Part shown: piece after piece, positions 13,347 through 24,725 of the stretch | Numbering within the stretch: the first letter of the stretch is position 1 | How the letters are laid out: each line of letters starts with the position of its first letter | Assembly (NCBI RefSeq): GCF_963921235.1 | Contig: NC_086116.1 | Span: 34,286,001 to 34,350,000, forward strand | Reading direction: 5' to 3' | DNA length: 64,000 nucleotides | Origin: Mobula hypostoma | Taxonomy: Eukaryota | Made by a program: the position numbers and the translations under genes | Notes under the pieces: generated by a model | Seen by the model: the letters and a program-made list of their open reading frames with translations, nothing else | Told to the model about the DNA's origin: nothing | Database searches by the model: none

Positions 13347-13980
13347 GTGGTGCACCACTCCTCACACAGACATTTCACAGTATTTTTCCCTTTAGTTTAC
13401 GCTGATGTCATTGCGCCACCAGCCAGCCCAACACCATCATTCCTTAATCGATAAGCAACAGAACCTGGGCCTCCGAAACTCCATCTGCAACTAGATCCGT
13501 GACTCCTAACCAGAAAATCACAGTCTATGCGGATTGGAAATAGCATCTCCACCTCGCTGACGATCAACACTGGCGTACTTCAGGGGTGTGTGCTCGGCCC
13601 ACTGCTCTACTCTCTCTACACCCACAGCTGTGTGGGTAGGCATAGCTCAAATGCCATCTATAAATTTGCTGATGATACAACTATTGTTGGCAGAATGTCA
13701 GATAGCGACAAGAGGATGTACAGGAGTGAGAGATATCAGCTAGTTGAGTGGTGTCGCAGCCACAACCTGGCATTCAGCATCAGTAAGACCAAAGAGCTGG
13801 TTGTGGACTACAAACAGAGTAAGATGAGGGAGCACAAGCCAGTCAGAGGGATTAGAAATGTAAAGAGTGGGCAATTTCAAGTCCCTGGGTGTTAGTAACT
13901 CTGAGGACCTAATCTGTTCACAACATATATTAATGCAGCTATAAAAAAAAGGCAAGTCAGTAACTGTACTTCATTATTGT
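12995..13980 (+). mobile_element. Rex1/RTE-X-type LINE RT fragment, interrupted by a SINE
   Basis: VALRSTVTKCFEKLV, PLQFAY, IDYSSTFNTI, GVLQGCVLGPLLYSLYT, KFADDTT, KTKELVVD. Confidence 0.85.
13237..13429 (-). mobile_element. Poly-A-tailed SINE with internal (CT)n and a 16-bp target-site duplication
   Basis: AACACCATCATTCCTT at 13221-13236 and 13430-13445; poly-T at the left end; (GA)n at about 13310-13342. Confidence 0.85.
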
Positions 13981-14348
13981 GAGTCTTCATTAGAAGGGCC
14001 AAAATGTCGGCTATACCCTTTTGCATAGATGCTGCCTGAGTTCCTCCAGCATTGTGTGCGCTGCTGCAGATTTTCTCTTATTTGATATTAGACCTGATTT
14101 TGACTCCGAAGACCTCATCCCTGGGAGAGGAAGGATCTTTGCCTCGAAGATGGATGATGCGGTGAGGTGAAAGCAGAAGCCACAGGGCCCATCAATCTTC
14201 TACCAGCCCAGGACAGAGGCCCCAGTAGGGGTGATGGGCTTAAGAGACTAACTCTTGCACCACTCTAACACCTACCTTGCACTTTACCCTTTTCAGCAGC
14301 AGTTTAATTAATGGCTTCCTGTAAATAGGAAACACTGTTGACACTCAC

Positions 14349-14476
14349 CAGCCGGTTCTCCTTTCCTTTGGTGTGTTCACACATTAGCATCAGCTCCTTT
14401 GCCACAAGTGCAGGTGTTAGTTCCACATTCTGTGCCTTCAAATAGTTGTAAAATCTCTCCAGAAATCCAATGCACA
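14349..14476 (-). CDS. CDNF: CDNF exon 2 (saposin-like domain)
   Basis: Acceptor catccag; (V)CIGFLERFYNYLKAQNVELTPALVAKELMLMCEHTKGKENRL; donor gtgagt; 128 nt. Confidence 0.95.
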
Positions 14477-14604
14477 CTGGATGGGAGGGGAAAATAAGCT
14501 TTAAAGAAAAATACCAGCATCAAAACATTCACCATAATAAATACATGCTTTAAGAAAACAAAAAGGAAATTGCCTTTTAAACTCACGAGAGAGCAGAGGC
14601 CATC

Positions 14605-14782
14605 AACTTTTTGCTGTTGATGTTTCTGTAGCAGGCAATTTCTTTTTTTTACGAGGTTGAGTTGCTAGCTTGATGCTCAACCCAGCACAGATGGAAAGCA
14701 TGCCAGGGGAGCCAGCTGGATTCGAACTCGGGGGCCTTCGCTCCGAAGTCCAGTGCTGATGCCACTATGCCACCAGCCGGCT
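14605..14782 (-). mobile_element. tRNA-derived SINE (head resembles tRNA-Arg TCG)
   Basis: Minus strand reads agccggctggTGGCATAGTGGcatcagcactggacttcggagcgaaggccccc GAGTTCGAATCC, i.e. A and B boxes, followed by a non-tRNA body. Confidence 0.7.
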
Positions 14783-16581
14783 ATGCATTAAGAAACTAAC
14801 CAGAAATAATTATAATATGTATATGTTTTAATTTTTTTTTAGTCATAGCAGCCCCATTTCACTGACATAAAAGATCCATCATTTCCTGGGTTAAACATCC
14901 AAAACTGTCATTACAATTTGAAGTGATTATAGAAAATTGAAATTCTGGACTGTAGAATAAAAATCTGCTAGAGGAACTCCACGGGTGAGGCAGGGTGTAA
15001 AACAGGGTTAGGGTTAGTGAGTCGTCGGCATGACATGTTGGCGCCAGGACTCGCAGGCTGCTCCCACATGGACTGTGTCGGTCATTGACACCAACAACAA
15101 AAGCTTTGATGTGCATGTGACAAATAAAGCTTATCCTAAATAATGAAAATGCTACAGATGAGTGCATCTTCAATGATGCTTGGAGCAGCCTAATACTTAT
15201 CCTTGACAGTACCTGTACCACCACTTGTTGCTCAGTCTACCAATTAGACAATTTCTTGTTCAAAGCCAAGCTCTACCTATTACTTTGAGTTTTGTGTGGA
15301 ACCTTTGTCAACTGCTTTAGAGAAACAAAGCCACACCACAGGCTTTCATTAATTTGAACTGTACATGATAGAAAAATGGAGGGCTACGTGGGAGGGAATG
15401 ATTAGATTGATCTTAAGAGTGGGTTAAAGGCTCAGCACAGCATCATAAGCTGAAGGGCCTGTACTGTGCTGTAATGGTGCATGTTCTATATGCACAGAGT
15501 GCCTCGGTTATATAGCAGTTAGCATGACATTATTACAGCTCGGGGCGTCGGAGTTCAGAGTCCAATTCCAGCACCCTCTAAGTTTCTACCCATGTGCGAT
15601 TGGGTTTCCTCCCACAGTTAGGAGGTTAATTGGTCATTGTAAATTGTCTCAAGATTAGGTTAGCGCTAAATAGATGGGTTGCTGGGCAGTGCGGTGCGGG
15701 GGGCTGGAAGGGTCTGTTCTATGCGGTATCTCTAAATAAGTGAAGTGCAGTCTGCAGAAACATTGAGGGAGTTGGGCAGGTGAGAGCCGAATCTTCTGGT
15801 TTATAACTTTTATTCTCAGTTATTTTCATAGCTAATCTTTAAAATTAGACAACAGATCTGGAGTCTCCATGTCTATTACAAATGCTATTTTTCTTACAGC
15901 CAACATTAATTTGCAATTTGCCTGAACTTTCCCAATGTCTTTTAACCAGTTGACAAAAGTCGGCATCTCAGAAGAATCTGCTGTCTTCACTGTGCTGTGA
16001 GAGAAATTTTATCTATTCCTGATTATTAGTTTCCAATATCTTAAATTCATCTGGTGCATCAAAGCTTTTACCACCAAGTCAAGTAAAAAAAAGTTATTGT
16101 TAAGATAAAGGAACAAAATAAAACCAGTAAATTTTCAAAGAAAAATAGCAATAAATGATAAACACAAGAGATTCGGCAGATGCCGGAAATCCAGAACAAC
16201 AAAAATGGCAGTAAATAGGGTCTGAATTGAAGGTGGGGTGGTTTTGGTCTGAAAGTACAGAGTAATTTAGTATACAAGCTCATAGTATATTAAAGTGGAG
16301 TGGTTTTGTTAGAATGTAGGCTACAAAACAATATACATTAGGGTTGGGGGCAGAGGGTTTCCTGAAATGGAGGAAGATCAGATTATACAAAGGACACTTA
16401 GAGCAAGAGGGTTCTCTAAAGTTGTGAGGTAACTGGTTCAAGATTAGTGGGGAAATTGAGTTTAAGAGTCACGAAGTAATGTTGCAGCTTTACAAAACTC
16501 TGGTTAGACTACACTTGGTCAACATTTAAGATTAGGTTGGAGAGGTGTATAAAGTGAAATAGAGATTTGGGATAAACAGTT

Positions 16582-16854
16582 TATTTTTATTTATTTAGCG
16601 ATCAGCATGGAACAGGCCCTTCGAGCTGCACCGCCCAGCAACCCCCAACTTAACCCTCGCCTAACCACGGGACCATTTACAATGACCAATTAGCCTCCCA
16701 ACCAGTATATCTTTGGACTGTGGGAGGAAACGGCAGCACCCAAAGGAAACCCACGCAGTCACAGGGTGAACGCACAAACTCCTTACAGATTTAACTCCGA
16801 AGCCCTGAGCTCTAATATCGAGTCTTGCTAACCACTATGCTACCGTGGTTGCCA
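16582..16854 (-). mobile_element. V-SINE (HE1-like) copy
   Basis: V-domain (ctgtaaggagtttgt..gggtttcc..tttcctcccacagtccaaaga) and (TAAA)n tail on the minus strand. Confidence 0.8.
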
Positions 16855-19194
16855 GCTGAAAAACAAACAGTGACTTAGGATAAGTCAACGCAAATTGCTT
16901 TTCCTGTGTTTTAACTTTGGTTTTCTAGATAAAAACTAGAAAAACTAAAAGCTGAGGATTGGTGACGCTAGAACAAGAGGTCATAGGTTAATAGGTGAAA
17001 TGCTTAAGGGAAACAAAATGGAGGGCAATGGTCCAGGTGCAGGTCGGTGGGACAGGTAAAATAACAGTTCGGCACGGACTAGATGGATTAGAAAGGCTTG
17101 TTTTTGTGTTGTTGTGCTTTATGACTCTAATTAGTAGAAACAACAGGCAATTAGTCAATTAAATATTTCTTCAATACCTCATCAAACATGACTAATTATT
17201 GTCATCCCAGTCATAACAGACTTTTCTTTCTCAATATTCAATGAAAGGTTTATTTCTAATAAACACACGTTATTAAGGATAAGTAAATTCATCAATTATT
17301 GTGGATTAGACTAGAAGACTACTGTGAAACATCAATCTAGATTTGAATTGTCACTCAGTAAATAACATTTTCAGCCCAGATGATAAATGACAGTCTCAAA
17401 TAGGAATGGTCTCAGCACAAAATCACAAGAGATTATGCAGATGCTGGAAATCTCCAGCAAGAATTTAAGGAATGACACTAGAGCATGTAAAGTCACTAAA
17501 GGATTGGAGGGATTCCTGAAACAAATGCAAAATGGAGGAGGGAACGTACTTTGGACCCTGGTGCTGCAGGTATATTAGGGCAGAGTAGCAATGCCTGAAC
17601 TTTCAATGCCTTTCAAAGCTTCATACATCAAGGTCACAGCTGATCTTCAACCTCAGCTCCTCTTTCCCCCACCATCCTCAATCCCTTTAGTCTCTAGTTG
17701 TGTGACTGCAGAGAATTGTGGACACGGCTCAGCGTATCACAGAAACTAGCTTCCCCTCCGTGGATTCCACCTACACTTCCCGCTGCCTCAGTGAAGCAGC
17801 CAGTGTAACCAAAGGCCCCCATCCACGTTGGACATTCTCTTCTTGCTGCTCCCATCATGCAGAAGATACAAACATCTGAAAGCACATACCACTCGGCTCA
17901 AGGACAACTCAACCTCACTTGTCAGACCCTTAAATGATCCTCTAGTACTACAAGATGGACTTTTGACCTCACAATCTAACTTATGATTTTGCACTTTATC
18001 ATTTATCTGCTCTGCACTTTCTCAGAAGCTTTTACACTTCATTCTGCATTGTTATTGTTTTACCTTGTTCTAGTTCAATGCACTGTGTAATGATCCGACC
18101 TATATGAACAGTATGCAAGACAAGATTTTCACTGTATCTTGGTACATGTGACAATAAACCAATTCCAAATTTATGAGTTTTGATTTCGAATGAACCCTCC
18201 AGTGCAGTGAAAGGTTCATTACCTCTCCATGGAGAAATTTATCCTCTGAATCTTACATGATTTAGTTCATATTTAGGGACTGTGATCCCTTGTTCTAAAC
18301 TCCTCAGCCAGGGGAATTATCCTTCCTGTTAGGTCCTGCAAGAACTCTTAATAATGCATCATTCTTCTAAACTTTAGAAAACAGCCAGTAGTCTCCCCTC
18401 CTACAGCATCAGATGAACTGTGACACTACCTATGGGCAACGTTTGTTAGGCAAAGGAACCGAGACTGCACACAGAACAAGGTCAGGTCCCACTCTACTTG
18501 TAACACACTTTTACTTTTGTACTCAAGTCACAGGCAGCTATCGACTGTTATTCAGAGAGAACGATGTTTTTGACAAAGCAGTGAGCTGAGTGTCACAGTG
18601 TAGACACTGCTCACAACTGTTCACGATACACATGATCGATTTGGCGCCACAACAGCGCGGTGGTTACTGCAACACAATTACAGCTCGGGGCGCCAGAGTT
18701 GGAAGTTAAATTCTAGCGTACTCTTAAGTTTGTACATCCTTCCTGTGTGTACATAGGTTTCTTCCCACAGTCCAAAGACGTACCGGTCAATAGGTTCATT
18801 GGTCTATTGTAAGTTGTCCTGTGATTAGGCTTGGGTTAAATAGGTGGGCTTGTTCTGCGATGTACAAAAGGAGGTGACTGAATACAGCACATATAAATTT
18901 GCTGATAACACTAAATAGACTGGTAAAGTAAATTGTGCAGAGTCTGCAGAGGGATATAGATAAAGTGAGTGGGCAGATGGTGCACAATGATGGTAAATAT
19001 GAGGTCCTCCACTTCGGAAGGAAAAATTGAAGATCAGATTATTTAAACGGTGAGAGATTTTGGCATGCTGTTTTGCAGTGGGACTTGGGAGAGATTGTGA
19101 ATTAACAAATTCTTAAAACATGACAATTCCATGCTCCATAACCATGGCAAACAACCATGTGTGGGACATTGACAGAAATCCAAATGAGCTATAC

Positions 19195-19712
19195 CCAGAT
19201 TCAGCTATTTATCTAGTCAAGCGATCTATTGACAAATTTTAACTCATCCAGAACCAGGATAAGGGAACATATCACTCCTGTACTAGCTACTCTGCATTGG
19301 TCTCGTGTATCTTCTAGAATTCTCTTACTGGTTTTTAAAGCACTTAATGGTCTGGGACTAGAGTACAATACAGAATTGTTTTCATTTTATTATTCTGCTT
19401 GAGTTCTCAGGTCTTCTTCCACCAGTCTCTTAAATTTAAACAATCTTCCTCAAAAGATAATTGATGAGTCAGCTTTTCTTTAAACTATGCTCCTAAACTG
19501 TAGAATTCAAACTATAACGGATGCAGACTCAGTTGACACTTTTAAATGCCAGCTCAAAATCTATTTACTTAACTTTGATTTTAAATAATATCTTTGCCTT
19601 TTACTTTCATGTTTATTTTTATATTTTATTCTCATTTTGTACTTTTATTCCATTGTAAAGCACTTTGAACTGCCTCGTTTGTATGAAAAGTGCTCTATAA
19701 ATATATTATTTG
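19195..19712 (+). mobile_element. L2-type LINE 3' end
   Basis: Decayed ..LIQN..REHITPVLATLHW..LLLVFKALNGLG.. and 3' end tgtaaagcactttgaact..gaaaagtgctctataaa. Confidence 0.7.
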
Positions 19713-20457
19713 TCCTCAAAACAATCTTCATACATGAATCTCTGGTGATTACGCTTTTCCTAAGTTATTTTTCATTACAGTTCCCAGTAGTCTCCCTGCT
19801 GCTGATGTTAGTCTACAGATCAGAAGCTCTTCACTGGCTTCGTCCCTCCTTTAGTGAGGTGAACTGTGAATCTGTGGAATTCATTGCTACAGATGTCTGT
19901 GGAGGCCATGTCATTGGGTATATTTGAAGTGGAGGGTATTAAGTTCTGATTAATCGGGGTGTTAAAGGTTACGGGGAGAAGGCAGGAGATTGGTGTTGAG
20001 AAGGATGATAAATCAGCCATGATGGAATGGTGGAGCAGCCTTGATGGGCCAAATGGCCGAATTATGCTCCCTTGTCTCATGCTGCGTTCTTATACAACAC
20101 TCATTGGCTACCCTCCAAACGGTGCAGGATTTTGAAAGATAACCAGCTCAACCACTGTCTTGACAAGCACCTGCTTCAAACTTTTCGAACGTGGAACTCA
20201 GCATCTCTCATATACGGTATATTCAGCACACAAGATTCCTTAACCTCAATGTTTCCTCCAGACAACAGCAGTAAAAATGCGCGCAGTCAGGTCACTAACA
20301 TGCGCACGTACAAGGACTATTAAAGGAGCTTGGATAAAATATATTTGAATAAAAACACATTTGTGCACTAATGCCAACTATTAGATAAAGTTGATAACTG
20401 TTCTTGGTTTCTATAAACGCAAGAGATTCTGCAGATGCTGGAAATCCAAAGCGACCG

Positions 20458-20496
<39 letters not shown>

Positions 20497-22427
20497 AAGC
20501 TGGAGGAACTCAGGTCAGGCAGCATCGATGGAAATGAATAAACAGTCAACTTTTCGGGTCAAGACCCTTCTTCAGGACTGATAGCAAAAAAACAATCACA
20601 ACAGATGTAATTTTTATTTTTGTAAGTCTGTTTTTCTGCTATTGTAATTATATGTGTTATGTGTGTTGTTGTTGTTTTCAATATTGGACCTCACAAATTA
20701 TCCTTCAATTTTAAGCAACTTACATAGCAAGATGCAGACTAACACAGACATTGCAAGACCCATAAATGAAAATATCAAAAACACAGAATAATTGAAGGCT
20801 GCAGAAAGACACCACAAACATTTTAACTCAAGAAAACTCTTGCATTTGGAGGCAATCAAGGTTAGGTCAGACTGCAAACAATTCCCAAAAGAATGTAGAA
20901 TCACACCATTTAGAGCAATACCCAGCAGCTTGGTTTATAATAATCAAAATGTCACGTACACACTCACCATGTACAAAATGTTATAATGTATCACTTGCTG
21001 CATGCCAGCCAGTCTTCATGATCTTTGCTGCTTGTGTGCTAAACATGCTTAAAATCAAACAGGTTTAGAACAGTTATTTGCATAATTCAGCAACAAGCAA
21101 ACACTGTGTTAGCATTAGGTACAGTACATCGCACTGGTACAAAGCAATCTACAAATGTCCTGACTGTTTGCATCAGGGTCTGGTACAGACATTCATAAGT
21201 GCAGGAATCTTAGGACCTTCAGAGTTGAATGGAATCAATCCAACATGCCACATCCCTCCCCACCACCAGTGACATCTACAGGAGGTGCTACCTCAAGGTA
21301 GCATCCATCAACGATCCCCACCATACGGCCACGCCATCTTCCAGCAGCTCCCATCGAGCCTGAAGCTACTTCCCTTCAACCATTTGGTTCTTGAACTAAA
21401 GTGTAGCCGCATTATAACCACTTTGTTCTAAAATGGACGTTTCTGTTCTAATTGTGCTAGTCTTATGAAAATTGTGTGTAATTTGTTTTTTTTCCTTGCA
21501 AATGTTGCTTATTTGACGCTGTGTGCCTATGTTGCTACAAGTCTGCCATTGCACTGTGTAGATGACAATAAATCAAATCTCTCAAACTGTAGAATGAATT
21601 TGTCACTTCAAGACACTTCCAGCACTGTGACACGCAATGGATTATATTTTACAGCTTTCCACCACATTGAGCTTTACTCAACTGTACAGTTAGGTTTTCA
21701 ATAGATCAATAAAATATTAAGCATTTTCACTTTAAATCTTCTTTAAATGGCAACTTAAATTGTAGAACAATGTCAAGGAGTGATGCCTCAAAAAGGCAGC
21801 ATCCATCATTAAGGACCTCCATCACCCAGGACATCCCCTCTTCTCATTGCTACCACAAGGTGGTGGTACAGGAGACTGAAGCCACACACACAATGTTTCA
21901 GGAACAGCTTCTTCCCTTCTGCCATCCGATTTCTGAATGGACATTGAACCCATGAACACTGCCTATTTTTTTGTCTTTTTGCACATTTAACTTTTTAAAT
22001 GTATATGTACTGTAATTTACAGTTTTTTATGTACTGCAATTTATTGCTACCACATAACAACAAATTTCACAACATATTCTACTGACATTAAACCTGATTC
22101 TGAAAATTTTGTACTCTCCCAACCACTAACTTAGTGAGGAGGATGGGTGGGGTGAGTTGGGGACAAGTTAGTGAGAGTGGAGGTTGTGATTCTCAATTAT
22201 TTTTCTTAGGGAAAGAATTCTCATTAATAAAGAAACCACAATACCCAGAGATATTATTTCATGTAAGCCCCGTCCCTGGCAGCCATTTTAAAAGGAAAGC
22301 CAAGGCTGGGAGTATTTTTTTTTGTGGGGGGGCACAGGGTGCAACAATAATCAATCTGGTATTTGTATTCAGCATCTTGCAAACTGAACCAGAATGCTTT
22401 ACACATCTCTTAAAGGAAATCTGAAAG

Positions 22428-22701
22428 TTTATTTATTTATTTATGTATTGCATATAGCAGAATAAGCCTTTCAGCCCTTCGAGCCACACCACCCAGCAAT
22501 CCCCAGTTTAATCCTAGCCTAATCAGGGGACAATTTACAATGACCAATTAACCCACCAATCTTTGGAACGAGGGAGGAAGTCAGAGCACCCGGAGGAAAC
22601 CTCATGCGGTCACAGCGAAGCTTCTTACAGGCAGCGGCGGAAAATGAACCCGGGTCTACAGTACTGACAAGTGTTATGCCAACCACTAGGCCGCCGTGCC
22701 G
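22428..22701 (-). mobile_element. V-SINE (HE1-like) copy in CDNF intron 1
   Basis: Same family sequence as 16582-16854, with a (TTTA)n end. Confidence 0.8.
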
Positions 22702-23078
22702 CTTCAAAAATGCAGTCTTATCTCGTAAGGTAGGAAACGCACAGCAAGTTGCCACGTGTAGCAAAGTTTTATGTGAAGGTGTTGGACAAATTACTGAGAA
22801 GTTTTTAAACCCACACCCAGAAAATGGACTTCACTGTAACAAACAGTGTATGGGGAATACCCCACTTCCCCCAGTATTAGAGTGCTCATTGGGCTGCTGG
22901 GGGGGGGGGAGAGGGATGGGACAAGAGGGCTCCGGGGGCTGATAGGGAACAGAAGAGAAGGTGGTGTGGGGTATGGGAGAGCAAAGGGACAGAGGCAAGG
23001 ACTCCAGCGGGAGGCGTAGGCTCACGGGTAAGGAGGATGACTGCGAGGGGAATGCCAGGTCCCGGGCCCGCTGCTCAC

Positions 23079-23193
23079 CTTCACACGGCTCCGGCCCCAC
23101 GGCGCCGGGTAGCAGCGGTGCCCACACCGTGAGGAGAAGCAGCACCGCCGGGACCGAACCACCACCCGGCACCCATCGGGGCTGCGTCCACAT
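23079..23193 (-). CDS. CDNF: CDNF exon 1 (signal peptide)
   Basis: gcgATG; MWTQPRWVPGGGSVPAVLLLLTVWAPLLPGAVGPEPCE+G; donor gtgagc; 115 nt, completes the CEVC motif with exon 2. Confidence 0.92.
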
Positions 23194-23456
23194 CGCCACC
23201 GAGCATAAACAACGGGGAAACGGCAGGAAGTGACGTTATAGTCAGAAATAATACCCCTTCAATCCATTGCCATTGGTCGACAATCCTTCAATAGAAATGC
23301 CGACTCCTTTGCCCACCACCCGTCCATTGGTGACCTACCAGCCAATCAGCATGTGGTGTTGCGCTTCTCCCGATTCCGATTGGTCGGTGCGAAAATCATC
23401 CCAAAGGATTCCCGGAGTGCTGCGCGGCCTGTGTTGGGGACTATGAAGATGGCGGC
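23194..23456. promoter_or_regulatory. Bidirectional CDNF/HSPA14 CpG-island promoter
   Basis: 255 bp between divergent ATGs. ETS-CRE composite GGAAGTGACGT at 23226-23236. CCAAT/ATTGG boxes at 23272, 23326, 23342 and 23379. YY1-type AAGATGGCGGC at 23446-23456. Confidence 0.8.
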
Positions 23457-23505
23457 GATTGGGGTGCATTTGGGGAGCACTAGTAGCTGTGTGGCGGTGT
23501 ATAAG
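23449..23505 (+). CDS. HSPA14: HSPA14 exon 1
   Basis: MAAIGVHLGSTSSCVAVYK; donor gtactg. Confidence 0.95.
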
Positions 23506-24469
23506 GTACTGGCGGACCCTCAATCCACGCTCCTCACCCCAGAGCCCTTGGACCTCAACCTCCCACCCTTCCTGGGGCCCTGGCTGTACTGCGGCGGGTG
23601 GTGGGGTAACATGCGGTCCATCACAGCTGGCTGATTGTACAACGTGCCCAGAGATGAGGCCCCAAGACTCCTGCAAATGTCTACCACGTAGACAGCGCCT
23701 TAAATGTTCTTGTAAATGCCTATGGTGTCTGACGCTCTGCGCTCCCCGCTCTACTGACAGCCGGTTTATTAGGCTTTTCGAGCTCTATCATCCCCTCTTG
23801 ATGGTGGGGAGGGGTGTGCCCGTGACGAGAATTGCTGACTCTATGTCCCTCTGCTGCCTCATGCGATCCTCTGCATTGGAGCCTTCCTAGAAGGTTGTAA
23901 GTGTCTGGTGACAATGGAATCTTCTCAAACTGATGTAGAGCCCTTCTGCACGATTGCATCAATGTGTTGCATCATTGCCTCTGATATCATAATTGATTTA
24001 CGTGCTATGCTTCCTAAGTAAGTTAACCCACTGAAATTCAAAATTTAGTGTTCATCTTCATGCACCGTTCAGAAATCTGATGCTGGGGTGGAAGAAGCTG
24101 TTTCTAAATCATTGAGCGTGGCCTTCAAGCTTCTGTACCTCCTTTCTGATGTCTGTAAGAAGGGGGCGTGTCCCAGATGATGAGGGTCCTCAGTGATTGA
24201 TGCCAACCTCCTTGAGGTACTGCTTTTTGAAGATGTCCTCGATGGTGGGGAGGATTATCCCTGTGATGAATCCGGCTGATTCTACAACCCTCTGCAGCCT
24301 CTTGTGATCCTGTACATTGGAGCCTCCACACCCAGCTGTGATGCAGCCTGTCAGAGTGATCAGCGTGCATTGATAGAAATTTGTGAGTTTTGTTGACATA
24401 CTGAATTTCCTCAGGCTCCTGGTGAAGTAGAATCTCTAGCTCCTGTAAGTGTCTGTGATTTCCTTTTTT

Positions 24470-24725
24470 TTTAATGTTGAGATACAATGTAGAACAGGCC
24501 CTTCTGACCAACAAGCAAGCCCCTTGTTTATCCCTAGCCTAATGACAGCACAATTTTACAATGACCAATTAGGCTATTAACCAGTATGTGTTTGGACTGT
24601 GGGAGGAAACTGGAGCACCCAGAGATCACAGGGAGAATGTACAAACTCCTTGCAGATGGTGTCATAATTGAACTTTGCCTTAAGCTGTAATAGTGTTGTG
24701 TTAACCACTAGTTAGTGTGGTTCCC
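24470..24725 (-). mobile_element. V-SINE copy
   Basis: tttggactgtgggaggaaactggagcacc..gtacaaactcctt family core. Confidence 0.75.

Larger units (their letters stand above)
8489..23193 (-). other. CDNF: CDNF gene span (4 coding exons, 570 nt, 189 aa; MANF/CDNF family ER neurotrophic factor)
   Basis: Spliced ORF is open with GT-AG introns. Signal peptide, 8 family cysteines and a CXXC motif. RPMS and RVAELK residues and the head-to-head position with HSPA14 favour CDNF over MANF. Confidence 0.92.

Noticed and set aside
14700-14782. Functional tRNA-Arg gene
   Set aside because: A and B boxes are present but the anticodon and T stems do not pair properly, and the head continues into a SINE body.
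22890-22940. G-quadruplex-forming G-runs in CDNF intron 1
   Set aside because: G-rich tracts are common at CpG-island edges and nothing here indicates function.
8489-23193. Calling the minus-strand gene MANF
   Set aside because: RPMS, RVAELK and CxAC residues and adjacency to HSPA14 fit CDNF; MANF has KPLA, RVKELK, CKGC and RTDL.
23194-23448. ER-stress elements (ERSE/UPRE) or heat-shock elements in the shared promoter
   Set aside because: No CCAAT box is followed by N9-CCACG, TGACGT is followed by TA rather than GG, and there is no clear triple nGAAn array.
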